Part shown: positions 1 through 11,610 of the stretch, one piece after another | Layout: every line of letters begins with the position of its first letter | How positions within the stretch are numbered: the first letter of the stretch is position 1 | Assembly (NCBI GenBank): GCA_043228905.1 | Contig: JBHGNT010000004.1 | Span: 12,524,001-12,588,000, forward strand | Direction of reading: 5' to 3' | Origin: Azolla caroliniana | Lineage: Eukaryota > Plantae > Polypodiophyta | Length of the DNA: 64,000 nucleotides | Notes under the pieces: model-generated | What the model saw: only the letters and a program-made list of their open reading frames with translations | Told to the model about the DNA's origin: nothing | Databases searched by the model: none | Translations under genes and position numbers: made by a program

Positions 1-2616
1 CTCCTTTCTTATTCTTGTCTCTCCCTTTGTCGGTTCTTCCCTCACCGGTGCAATCGATAGTTTCTTTGCCTTTGCCCGTTCCAATGTCTTTGCCCGTTCT
101 CCCCCTCAAGTGTGGCACGTCGAGATGCTGAACACCAATCATTTCGATGAAGTGCTGCAACTTGTCCGACCCGAGCGGTTTGGTGAAGATATCGGCAACT
201 TGCTGATCTGTATGAACATGCCGAAGTTTGACTTCACCGCTCAGGTCACGCTCATGCACGAAGTGGTAGTGCACTTGTATGTGCTTTGTGTGAGCATGGA
301 ATACGGGGTTCTTGGTGAGCTACATGCTGCTTATGTTGTCGCTGTAGATCAGGATTGGGGACGGCACCTCGATCCGTAGGTCTTGCAACAATCGCCGAAG
401 CCAAATGGCTTCAAAGGTGGCAACGATAGCGCCCCGGTATTCAGCCTCAGTGCTCGAAAGGGCCACTGTTGGCTGCTTTTTGCTGCTCCATGCAACAGCC
501 GCGCTACCCAGGGAAAACATACAGTCGGAGGTGGATCGACGATCCGATGCATCGTCGGCCTAGTCGGTATCGGTGTAGCCGACTAGCTCTTCAGTTATAC
601 CATGCCGGTATAACAGTCCCCGGTCCTTCGTGCCGCTCACATATCGGAAAATTTGATGCATGCATAGAAGGTGCTCCATGGTCGGCTTCTGCATATATTG
701 GCTGATCACGCCGACCGGATAACTGATGTCGGGTTGGGTGATTGTCAAATATATAAGGCTTCCGACGATTTGTTGGAACCGCTTCTCATCGCAGGCCGGT
801 CCGGAGTCGGGACGGAGCTTCTGGTTCCGGTCCAGGGGTGTGGAGATCGGTCGGCATTCCGTCATGCCGAGCTTGCACAACATATTCAACACATAGTGTC
901 TTTATGAGAGCAATATGCCATCGGGGGTTCGGATCACCTCGACCCCAAGGAAATAGTGAAGGTCCCCCAGGTCCTTCATCTCAATTGCGTCCGACAGTTG
1001 GGACTTGACTCGGCTGATTTCATCGAGTCCGGGTCCGGTGATGATTAGATCATCAACATACCACAAGATGCAAACTGGACCATCTGGACCTTACTAGATG
1101 AACAATGAAGAGTCAAACTTGGAGGCCGCAAAGCCATCTTATGCAACCGGTGCGTAATCTTCGCATTCCAAGCTCAGGGGGCTTGCTTCAGGCCATAAAG
1201 TGACTTCTTCAGTCGGCATACCGTCGACTTGTTCATCTCCGATTGGAAACCGGGGGGTTAGGTCATAAAGACCTCTTCTTCAAGATTTCCTTGAAGAAAT
1301 GCATTCTTCACGTCCATCTGGAGAAGATGTCACTCCCTTGCCGTAGCAACTGCTAGCACCACAGGAACCGTCGTCATCTTCGCTACTGGAACGAAGGTCT
1401 CGTCATAAAGACCTCTTCTTCAAGATTCCGTGGGTCTGTGCGTATACCTTCACCACTAACCGAGCCTTGTACCGGTTAACCGAACCGTCGACATTGTACT
1501 TTACCTTGTACACCCACTTACATCTGATCAGTTTAGAGTGTCGGGGAGAGTCAACTAGGTCACATGTGTCGTTGGCATCAAGTGCCCACATTTCTTCCTC
1601 CATAGTGGCACGCCAAGTTGCGTCCTTTGCCGCTTCTGCGTAGCTCTCCGGCTCACGCACTTCCGCCACCTTGGTCATGTACGCATAGTGATGCGTCATG
1701 TACTCATTGTACCCGTACCGCTTTACGAGGTTCTTCTGGAGGGAAGACTGGCGTAACTTATCGTTACCCGGTTTGAGGCCCTTCTTGGTCGGTTCGGTCT
1801 TCGTTGCCGAAGGGCCGCCTTCTTCTTTTTCGGAGTCGGATCCGCTCTGATCCGACTCACCATTGCCAGTTTCTTGCTATGACATCTTCCTCTTCCCCTT
1901 TTCTTTGCGCATGAACTGTCTCCTCGGTTCCTTGCGCGGGGGGAACACGACAGAGTCTCCACTACTCACTGGTTCATCTTCCGATTGGTCTGTCTGACCC
2001 AGTCACTCGTTCGGTCCGCTCAACCAAAACGATTCCGGACTCACAACTAGAGTCTTGAACCCTTCGTCTTCTAATTGGACCGGTTCAGGCTTAGTAGCCT
2101 CATCCTCCGGTATCAGGTCGGGGTCAGAAGTCGGAGACAATAACGCATACCATGATGCCGTCTTATCAAACTCAACATCCCGGATTACTCGAACCTGCTT
2201 CGTCCAGGGGTTAAAACACTTATAGACCTTTTGCTCATGCGAGTAACCGATCAGGATGCATTTCTCCGACTTTGCATCCAACTTCCTCCGCTCCTCATCT
2301 GGCACATGCACATTTGCAATACTACTGAATATCCGAAGGTGTCTCAAATTCGGCTTGCACCCAAAATACTGCTCATGTGCGAATACCTTGTCACCGATCC
2401 GGTTTTAGATATAGACAACCGTCCGGACCACCTCAGTCTAGTAAAATTTGGGCATGCTCTTCTCCTCCAGCATCGCCCTTGCCGTGTCGATAATCAACTA
2501 GTTCTTCCTCTCGGCCATACCGTTTTGCTCCGGTGTGTATCTGCAGCTGAACTCTCTCCGAATTCCTTTTTGTTGCAGATAACTATTGAATTGGCCGGAA
2601 AAATATTATTTTCCGC
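1..2616 (-). pseudogene. copia pol remnant (integrase C-part, RT, RNase H), with stops and frameshifts
   Basis: Motifs [71 protein letters not shown]. Confidence 0.93.
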
Positions 2617-3513
2617 TGTCGTGCCTTTTGGCTCCAGATCGTTGCGTGAGTCGGGTGGGAACCGCTGGGGTTTTGGACTAGGAGGAAAGAAAATTCTAAG
2701 GCAATTAAGTATATGAAATATATTCTAAGAAAGAAAAGATATGAAAAACTCGTGAATCCCACGAGTATAGTGTATTAGTGAGTACTCAAATTAAGAGAGA
2801 AAAAAAATAGTTAGCAAACTCGTGGATCCCACGATTATATTATATTAATCAACCCTTGTAAAATAGTCAACAACCTCTATACATCTTTCTCTCTTCCTTA
2901 TATAGTGTTGGAAGAGTCTAAGTTTATCACATGCAAGCATCATGCTTTTCCTATCTTTAGTTTTCAGGCACACTGCATGTGCATGATTAACTTTCTATCT
3001 CATCTTTTCTTTTAACTCGAGTGTCTATGCATGAATAACTTTTTGTACCATGCATGTCTAGAAATTTTACACGGGATAAAGTTTAGTATAACTTTAAAAT
3101 TTATAATACGCTAGTATAATGATAAGGCTTAACATTATTAACATGGAGGTGCAAGGTTCGATTCTTGCCCTATGCATGTAATATATAATTTTATACTTTC
3201 TTCTATTTACAAATATGTCTCTTCATCCGGTGAGAGACTCTCATCGGCCTTCTTCATCCGGCTCTTTCCGGTTATGCTTCATCCAATGCTTGCTAAATTT
3301 CTTTATCTGGTTCTTACCGGAACCTCCTTACTGATCTCTTCGTCCGTTTCTCACCGACTCTCACCGGCCTTCTTCATCCGGCTCTTGCCGGGTCTCCTTA
3401 CCAGTTCCGGTCCTTACCGGTTCCTCCTTCCGGTTCTCACTGGGTATTCCATATCCTATCCGGAGAAACCAAAAATGTAATTTTTCATGTAGTGTGCGAA
3501 TTACACTACGACA
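2617..3513 (-). repeat. 3' LTR (897 bp) of the Trp-PBS gypsy
   Basis: TG...CA ends. Direct repeat of 9134-9895 plus 15501-15625. Adjacent PPT ggagggggcgag (minus strand, 3514-3525). Confidence 0.93.
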
Positions 3514-3569
3514 CTCGCCCCCTCCAAACTTGCACATTCTCCGGTATGTGCCAAAGTCCCGAATGCTTG

Positions 3570-6500
3570 CTATTCACCTTCATCCGAAGCTTCCCCCAAT
3601 TCTCCCCTTAAGTCGACTATGAGTTGTAATCCACTTTCCTCGCTTTCCGCATCACCGCGATCTTCGTCCGATTGCTCCTTCTTGTCGGTCTTGTCTAGGA
3701 TCACACAGGGTTCTTCTTCAGTCCGCTTCCTGAAAATCTTCACTCGTTTCCCGGCTATAGGCACTCGTAGCGTCGTTCCATCCAACTCGCATAGTCGGTA
3801 AGTTCCGTTATCGAAAACTTTCCGAACCTCATATGGCCCGAACCACCTTTTCGCGAACTTCCGCATCGTTGTATGTTGATGATCCAAACTATTGTCGTAG
3901 AAAATCACCCAATCTCCTTCTTCAATCTTCCGCGGTCGTAATCGGTGCTTTGTGTCGAACCGGCTTTTATTCCGGAATCGCGCTTCTTGTTATCGGCGTA
4001 CTGCTTCCGCTATGTCTTCCGGTCTTCCCTCCAGTTGTCGTATCCGGACCGCTAGTAGTTCTTCCCGGCTCACCTCTTCCTTCCATGGTAGCATTGTCCA
4101 TGTCGCGACTGCGATTTCCGTCGGCATTACCGGTGCTTGTCCTGTCATAAGTTCTGCCGGCATGTAACCGGTTACGGAGCTATGCGTCATCCGATCTGCC
4201 CATAGTGCATACGAAAGCATCTGTGGCCAATCCTTCACCCTTCCATCGCATGCCTTCACTAGTGCTTTGACAATCAGACTATGTCCTCGTTCGATCTTCC
4301 CGTTGGCTTCCGGATTGTATGTCGTTGTTAGTGTTAACCGAACTCCATGTTTGGCGAAGAATCCCCTAGCTTTATCAGAGTCAAGTTCTCCCCGATCCGC
4401 AATCACTTGTCCTACGCACCCATACCTGCAAAACACTTCTTCCAAAAGAAATTGACATACCGCAGAACATGTTTTTCTTCGTAGCGCCCGACCTTCTACT
4501 TGATTTGTGAGATCTTCCCGAGCTAACACCAAGTACTTCTTTTGTCCGATCCTGGTTGGTATGGCTACAATGTCGACCATCCATTTGAAGTTGATTGTCA
4601 GTGCGAATGTCGGATGTAATTCATCTCGGTGTCGAACTCCGGAGTAGATTTGACACTTCTCGTAGCTTCCCGTGAACTCCACTATATCTTTGTACATGTT
4701 CTTCCACCAATATTTTTGTTTTATTTTCACAAAGGTTGCCCATGTTCCTCGATGTCCAGCCCAATCGGATTCGTGAAATTTGGACATTATCCGGTTTCGT
4801 TGCTCTTTCGTCCCGACTACTCGAAGTGGTATGCCATCCGGTCTTTTCAAGAAGAACTTTCGGACTTGCCGTTTCTTACTTCGGATCTCGGCTCTCTTCT
4901 CTTTATTGTCCGATGATTCCTCGATTTCTCGTAGCATTTTCCCGGTCAACAAGCTTTCTCCCTCGTATTCTTCTTCTTGGAATTCTTGGATTGCGTCCAC
5001 CTGGCATATGTGCTCCGAAGCAAAGTAGTCTTCGGAAACTTCTTCATTATCGGATTCGGTTATGTCATCTCCGAACCGCGCCCTTGATAGCATATCCGCT
5101 ACAGCGTTATCTTTTCCGGAGATGTGTCTTACCTCCGGATTAAGTGACTTAACATACGCAATCCATCTTAGCATAGCCACATCCGGTATCGTGCAACACC
5201 GCATCATCCCGAGTATCGAAAGACAATCCGTTTCGATCACTACTTCGGCTCCGATCAAATAATCTCGATCCGATTTGATTTCCGACACGACTCCCCATAA
5301 TTCTCTTTTAACTTGTGCATATCCATGTTGCCTTTCGTTGAGAACCTTTGCTCCGAATCGGATCGGATATCGCGAACCTTCCGGATCGGCTTGATTGATG
5401 ACCCATCCGATTCCGGTTGGACTTGTGTCAACCGTTACTATGATTGGTTGGTCATAGTTTGGCTTCTTTAGTGCTTCTGCCCTTCGTAGTCATTTCTTGA
5501 GCTTCTTCACGGCTTTGGTATGCTCCGGTTTCCATTCAAACTTCTTACCCTTCCGCAACAAGTGATAGAGTGGGTCCGCTATATGTGCATAGTGCGGAAT
5601 CCATATGTGGTAGAATGCACATGCTCCAAGAAACCTTCGAACTTCAGATTGTGACTCACATACTTCTTTCATAGCTTGAATCGCATTGATCTTGGTTGGT
5701 GACGGTCTTCGGCCGTAGGGCCCACATAAATGTCCGACTACCAATATTTCTTCCTATCCGAATGCCGATTTCTCTCCGGAAAGTGTTAGATGCGCATCTT
5801 CTAACTTCTGTAACACTTTCTCACAATCACGGATATGGTTGACTACAAACCTTCGGCATCCCCGTTCATCCATAGCTTCATCTTTTTCTCCCACCGCACA
5901 CCCTTTCATCGAAATGTCATCTAGGAACGACATCGTTATCTCCGGTATGCAATCCCGGAGCACCTTGTTCATTACATTCATCATATGTGCGACTGAGTTC
6001 GTCGCGCCTTGTGGTAGCATACACATCCGAACTAATCCTATCAGTGTCCACATGGTAGTGATGTCTCGACTCTCCATGGCTAGTTGGAATTGGTCATATC
6101 CGGAGTATATTGCGCGACCAGCAAATGCTTCCGCAAATTCGTCCACTATCGGACCAACTCCGGAGTTCCGGATCATGACCTTGTTTACCGGTTGCAAATC
6201 TTGAATAAATCGGAGTGACCCATTCTTCTTCGGAACCGTAAACCATCGATTTGAGTACGGAGCATTTGATGGCTATAGAATCCCCATCGCCACCTTTTCC
6301 TTGAGCAAGTCGATGATTTTCGGAATATGCGCCCGTGGCACCGGAATTGGCTTCAGGTTCCACGGCACATGGTCAATCGTGAAGATCACTATCGGCTCCA
6401 CTATCTTCGGGTCAGCGCATCCTATTTCTTTCGATGTAAATGCAAATGCTCTCCCATGTCTCTCTAGCATTCCACGGAATCGTTCTTCTTCATTCTTTAA

Positions 6501-7061
6501 TAGGAACCCACCTCCACCGATCCGAAGTTTCTTCCGGGTCTCATCCGTGAAGGCATGTCCGATATCCATGGACTTCCAAAGTGTCGGATCCCCCGAGACT
6601 TCTTCCCTCTTTTGTTCGCTATCTGCGGGTAACGGTCCCGCGGCCGGTTTCACTTTCTTCTCCACGGTCTTGTATTTCGTACTTACCATTGCTTCTTCTT
6701 TGCGGAGCGCATCCGGCCCCATTTTCACAATGATCTCATACATCTCAACCGACTCCACCGGAATTACCCGGTTTCCCTAGCTTGTAACTTCCGTGAGCTC
6801 TTCAAGTCGTTGTAGTGTGCTCCCATAGAATACCTCTTCGACTATTCTCACGATTTCTTCGTCTTCTTTTATTATTGATGCCGACCATAACTTATCCTCC
6901 ACTTTTCGGTATTCTTTCTTCAATCCTCCGGTTATGGCCGTGTACGTGGATGCCCCATCCGGACCGATTCGTACTTGTTTTGCACCGAGAGGTTTCTTCC
7001 TGTGTGGGGTATCAGGGCTTCTCAGACTATCACTTCCCCACTCCGCAACAGTCCGCTCTAA
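3570..7061 (-). pseudogene. gypsy pol (RT-RNaseH-integrase), disrupted
   Basis: GYDQF, LPQGATNS, FLDD, VRRFLG, ETDC..L, GH.G zinc finger, VIADRG, YNPEANGKIER, WFGPY (GPY/F). No chromodomain. Confidence 0.92.
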
Positions 7062-9095
7062 AAATCCATTCTTGTTTGAGACAAGAGTTCTCTCTTGTTC
7101 CTTTCATGATTTGTTGGCACCGTTAGTAATTGGACGGATTTCCCTCCGTTTTGGCTCCGAATTCGCACAAAAGCCGCACCGCTATCGAGCACCTTCGTCT
7201 CCATCCGTGATGCCGTGATAAAAGGTTGCCCGAGGATCACGGAGTGTGAGACCTCGTCTTGTACGAAGAAATTTTGGTCGATCTCGACATCCCCGATCTT
7301 CACCGTCACATCCGGACAAGACGCAAATAGATCTTCTGTTGCTTTAGTGGCCGCCCGGATCTTCCACCCATGATTCGTGTTAATAGGCCACTTACCCTTC
7401 CAGTAGAATTCCTTGGACATCAAGTTGATCTCCAATCCGTGATCAATCAATGCTAGCACTGGTTCTTTGATGTTACCGATTCGGACTGGAGTCTCCGTAG
7501 TTGCGCGTGCCCAATGTGGCTTTGTGTAATGAGAATTCGGTATTTCGTCCTCCAATTCGGTGTCATTCATTAGAACGGTATTTGCATTCACCCTTGGAGC
7601 GTTCTCCTCCGTACTTTGCCTTTTTCTCTTCATGAGATTCACAAGAAGATCATGGAACTCCTTCTTCGCTATTCCGAGTAATTCTCGAAGCGAAAAATCT
7701 ACCCGGCTATCGAGGATTCTCTCCTCGAACACCTTTTTCAAGTCCGTTTGTTGTTCGATGTCCGAGGCGAGCTTGAATGCCGGAATCATCTTTTCTTTTC
7801 CCTTACCTCCGGAGTTCCAGCTTTCCGGTGTCTTCGATGGACCAGCCGCCTCATACGTGCGCCGTCGCTTCTCATCTACATACACTTCATGCAATTGGCA
7901 TAAAGCAAACACGCTATTCTTATTGACGGGGCACTCCCATCCCGTAGCTTCCCGGATGCCTTCCGCGGTGCTTCGGATCTCGTTAGAGTCGGTTTCCTCG
8001 GTGTTTTCTAGCACTTCCGGCCAAAAAGACACCTTTGCTCCTGATGACTCCTCGACACGTATTCCCGCGGTTGTCACGTAATTGTTCTTCGCCGCTATTT
8101 CCTCCTCTAGGACCTTCTTCATGCCGCCTTTTCGGAAGTTCGGTCGGAGCGGCTTCCGAGAGTCCATCGAATGAATCCGATTTCCCTCGTAGTAGATAAG
8201 ATCCTGTCGTAGCGCCTCCTTGTGCTTGTCGCAATCCCTCCGATCATGTTCGGTGCTATCGCACCATATGCATCGACGGTCCATATACTTGGAACTTGTG
8301 GGACGGTCATCCGACTTCTTCACTATCGCGATTTTTAGATTCTCCATATCCTTCAGCAACTGCTCCACCGTAGTTGCGTTGATTCCCTTCTCAGTCGTAG
8401 CTTCCAAGCCCGCGGTTGATGGTCTTCCGATCCGGATCTCGGTTTCGGAATCGGTTCCGAAACCCTCTTTTCTTCGTTGGCAAGCCATTGCCCCCTCTTT
8501 GTGTATCGCGCGACGATATACCGCACGCTTTCCCATGTTTCGGTGAGGTTGCTCTCGGTAGTCGTGTCCTCTAGAAGCACTCCAAGATCCTTCTGGTCCC
8601 GGATGTCTACGGCTCGTAAGAACATGATAACTTTGTCCGGTGCGAGGATAGCTTGATCTCTCGCAGACAACCTCCCGAACCGACTTTCAAATGCCGAAAA
8701 CACATCAAGGACCTTCATCCCCTTGTCCGACGTTTCTACCCAATCCTCGAATCCTCTCCGCGTTGCCTTGGAGGAGTCCTCGATAACGTGGTCTTTAGTG
8801 TCTCTTCAAACGTTTTCTCATATCGGATTCTGTTGTCGTAGCCCGTGGATACTTGCTTGAAGCCCGTCGGTAGCCACCCGGTTGAAGGATGTCACTTGCA
8901 GTCCTTCCGAAATCCTCCACCGTAGCATTTCCGCCTTGTAGTCCCGAAGATAGTGTGATACGTCCTTTCCGTTGAATTGCCCGATCCGTTGCACGAGCCG
9001 CTCTACTGCCGCCGCTATCTCCGACATCGCACGTTGTTCCTGAAGCATCCGCTCGAACATCATCATCATGTTGTTAGCCTCGGTTGATTTTCCAT
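7058..9095 (-). pseudogene. gypsy gag-protease, frameshifted
   Basis: Zinc knuckle CIWCDSTEHDRRDC and protease ALIDHG..INLM...ILGQPF lie in one ORF (7058-8536). N-terminal gag pieces at 8353-9095. Confidence 0.9.
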
Positions 9096-9111
9096 CTCCT
9101 TGCCACTCGTG

Positions 9112-9129
9112 TTCACGTCGGGTTCACCA
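9112..9129 (-). promoter_or_regulatory. Primer binding site complementary to tRNA-Trp 3' end
   Basis: TGGTGAACCCGACGTGAA lies 4 nt inside the LTR and is the complement of plant tRNA-Trp ...TTCACGTCGGGTTCACCA. Confidence 0.88.
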
Positions 9130-9895
9130 CTTGTGTCGTGCCTTTCGGCTCCGGATAGTTGCGTGAGTTGGGTGGGAACCGCTGGGGTTTTGGACTAGGA
9201 AGAAAGAAAATTCTAAGGCAATTAAGAATATGAAATATATTCTAAGAAAGAAAAGATATGAAAAACTCGTGAATCCCATGAGTATAGTGTATTAGTGAGT
9301 ACTCAAATTAAGAGAGAAAAAAAATAGTTAGCAAACTCGTGGATCCCACGATTATATTATATTAATCAACCCTTGTAAAATAGTCAACAACCTCTATACA
9401 TCTTTCTCTCTTCCTTATATAGTGTTGGAAGAGTCTAAGTTTATCACATGCAAGCATCATGCTTTTCCTATCTTTAGTTTTCTTGCACAATGCATGTGCA
9501 TGATTAGCTTTCTATCTCATCTTTTCTTTTAACTCGAGTGTCTATGCATGAATAACTTTTTGTACCATGTCTAGAAATTTTACACGGGATAAAGTTTAGT
9601 ATAACTTTAAAATTCATAATACGCTAGTATAATGATAAGGCTTAACATTATGAACATGGAGGTGCAAGGTTCGATTCTTGCCCTATGCATGTAATATATA
9701 ATTTTATACTTTCTTCTATTTACAAATATGTCTCTTCATCCGGTGAGAGACTCTCACTGGCCTTCTTCATCCGGCTCTTTCCGGTTCTGCTTCATCCGGT
9801 GCTTGCTAGTTTTTTTTATCCGGTTCTTACCGGAACCTCCTTACCGATCTCTTCGTCCGTTTCTTACGGACTCTCACTCTTCATCCGGCTCTTGC

Positions 9896-10340
9896 TATCA
9901 TGATATGGCAAGACTCGAACCCATTACCTTATGCTACATGGGTCGAGCTCTTACCATTAGACTATGAATTGTAATTTGTAGGATATTATTTTCATTTATG
10001 CTTTATCATAGAAAATTGATGTATATTCCAGATCTCTCTGGAACATTCTAGAAGCTTCAAGATTATTCCTAAAAACAATATAAAAGGAGGCACAAGGCAT
10101 TGTTTTGAACCAAATTGGTTTAACGCCAGTCTTAAGCCTCTTAGCCGCTTGTACTTATCTTTTTCACATAATATATTAGCTGCCGTCATCATCTTTCTCT
10201 CTCTCTCATTCTTGCTATCTCTCTCTCTCCTCTTCTCACTTCCTCTCTCGGGAATCTTACGCAGTCCCGTCCTCTTAGTACTAATAGTACTGCTCTTCTT
10301 TAGTACTAATTCCATCTCTGCTTTAGTACTACTGCTGACA
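9896..10340 (+). repeat. 5' LTR of chromovirus
   Basis: Direct repeat of 15051-15495 with about a dozen substitutions. The first dinucleotide is mutated TG>TA. Confidence 0.95.
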
Positions 10341-10342
10341 GT

Positions 10343-10354
10343 TTGAACCAATTT
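10343..10354 (+). promoter_or_regulatory. Non-tRNA (self-priming) primer binding site
   Basis: TTGAACCAATTT lies 2 nt after the LTR and has no TGG. It is complementary to AAATTGGTT(C/T)AA at 10112-10123 and 15267-15278, about 33 nt after the TATA box. Confidence 0.8.
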
Positions 10355-10410
10355 TTCTCCTCCAGCCTACTTGTCACTCTCCCTCATCCTCCTACCCTTT
10401 TCCCTATACT

Positions 10411-11568
10411 ATGGCTACTGTTAGCGCCCAAGAATACCAATTCGTTTTCTCCGAGCTACAATGCTTAAAAGAAAAGTTTGTTGCCCTGGAACAAGAAAAC
10501 CAACGGTTGATAGGGGATCTGCAACAAATCGCTCTAGAAAAACAACAAACGCAACAACAATATGGGGAGTTAGCGTTACGGGTACAACAACTCGAAGCAG
10601 CATTGCAACAACGAGGATCAAGTCCCCAAGGATTTCATAAAGAGCCCAAGATTGGACTTCTTGTGAAATTTGATGGAACACGATCGCAATTCCGTGGATT
10701 CCTTAATCAGGTACGCTTAGTCATCCAGATGCATCCTTCCCGATATCCCACTGATGCATCTCGTGTCGGCCTAATAGGCACGCTACTTAGCGGCTCAGCC
10801 TTGGCATGGTTCGCTCTGCTTCTAGAAAAACAATTGCCCTTGCTTAATAACTTTGAAGATTTTATTGGTGAGTTTAAAGCCTGCTTTGGAGATACCGACA
10901 ACATCGGGACGACGATCAACAAGATCCGAAGATTGTGTCAAGGCGATCGTCCAGCCTCTGCCTACGCGGCAGATTTCCGTCTACTCGCCTCAGATATCCC
11001 CTGGGATGATCAGGTCCTCATGGAGCAGTTTCGCTACGGCTTGCGCAACGATGTCAAAGATTTGCTTTTACCCTTCCCCGAAGAACCAAAGTCTCTTATG
11101 GAGGCAATCAGTCGAGCGGTCCGATGCGACAACCGCCTTTTCGAACGGCGTTCGGAACGTCAGTTACAAATACCACGCTCTCGGCCGGAACCCACATACG
11201 CCTCAATCACGGCTAAACCGTTTGCACGCGATGTGTCTCAAGCCAATATTCCAACACCGATGGAGATCGACACCATGCGTCGACGCGACCCGTTATCAGA
11301 AGAAGAAAAGCAACGACGACGTGCCAATCGATTATGTCTTTATTGCGGTGGACCAGGGCATATCGCCATCAATTGTCCCCATAGGCCAAGAAGACAGGTA
11401 AATCAAATCGTCGCATGTACTAAACCTGAGTCAATTCTTCCCTTCGAAGTGTCTGATAGTATTAATAGTACTAATAGAGTGTCAGATAGTATTCATAGTA
11501 CTAATAGCCCAAGTATCTCAAATAAATTTGAAATCCTTAGTCACTTAGATGAAGAGTTAAACGATTGA
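10411..11568 (+). CDS. Chromovirus Gag (coiled coil, Ty3 capsid-like domain, CCHC knuckle), 385 aa, open
   Basis: KFDGTRSQFRGFL, QFRYGL, PMEID, CLYCGGPGHIAINC. Confidence 0.92.
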   Translation: MATVSAQEYQFVFSELQCLKEKFVALEQENQRLIGDLQQIALEKQQTQQQYGELALRVQQLEAALQQRGSSPQGFHKEPKIGLLVKFDGTRSQFRGFLNQVRLVIQMHPSRYPTDASRVGLIGTLLSGSALAWFALLLEKQLPLLNNFEDFIGEFKACFGDTDNIGTTINKIRRLCQGDRPASAYAADFRLLASDIPWDDQVLMEQFRYGLRNDVKDLLLPFPEEPKSLMEAISRAVRCDNRLFERRSERQLQIPRSRPEPTYASITAKPFARDVSQANIPTPMEIDTMRRRDPLSEEEKQRRRANRLCLYCGGPGHIAINCPHRPRRQVNQIVACTKPESILPFEVSDSINSTNRVSDSIHSTNSPSISNKFEILSHLDEELND

Positions 11569-11610
11569 GTCCAGCCAAAATAGGAGTCGTTTGGTTGGAC
11601 AACAACCCTA
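11556..11610 (+). promoter_or_regulatory. Predicted -1 ribosomal frameshift signal (G TTA AAC + stem-loop/pseudoknot)
   Basis: In-frame heptamer at 11556-11562, 6-nt spacer, 11-bp stem 11569-11579/11590-11600. The protease is in the -1 frame. Conserved in two other copies. Confidence 0.75.

Noticed and set aside
7560-8081. Long antisense ORFs over gag/pol (also 6301-6780, 21027-21644, 50385-50879)
   Set aside because: They are shadow frames of retroelement coding sequence
9112-9129. tRNA-Trp gene (also 32963, 60859)
   Set aside because: Only the 3' 17-18 nt including CCA are present, next to an LTR, so it is a PBS
9896-9970. Functional tRNA gene in LTR
   Set aside because: The A and B boxes are present, but acceptor, anticodon and T stems do not pair properly
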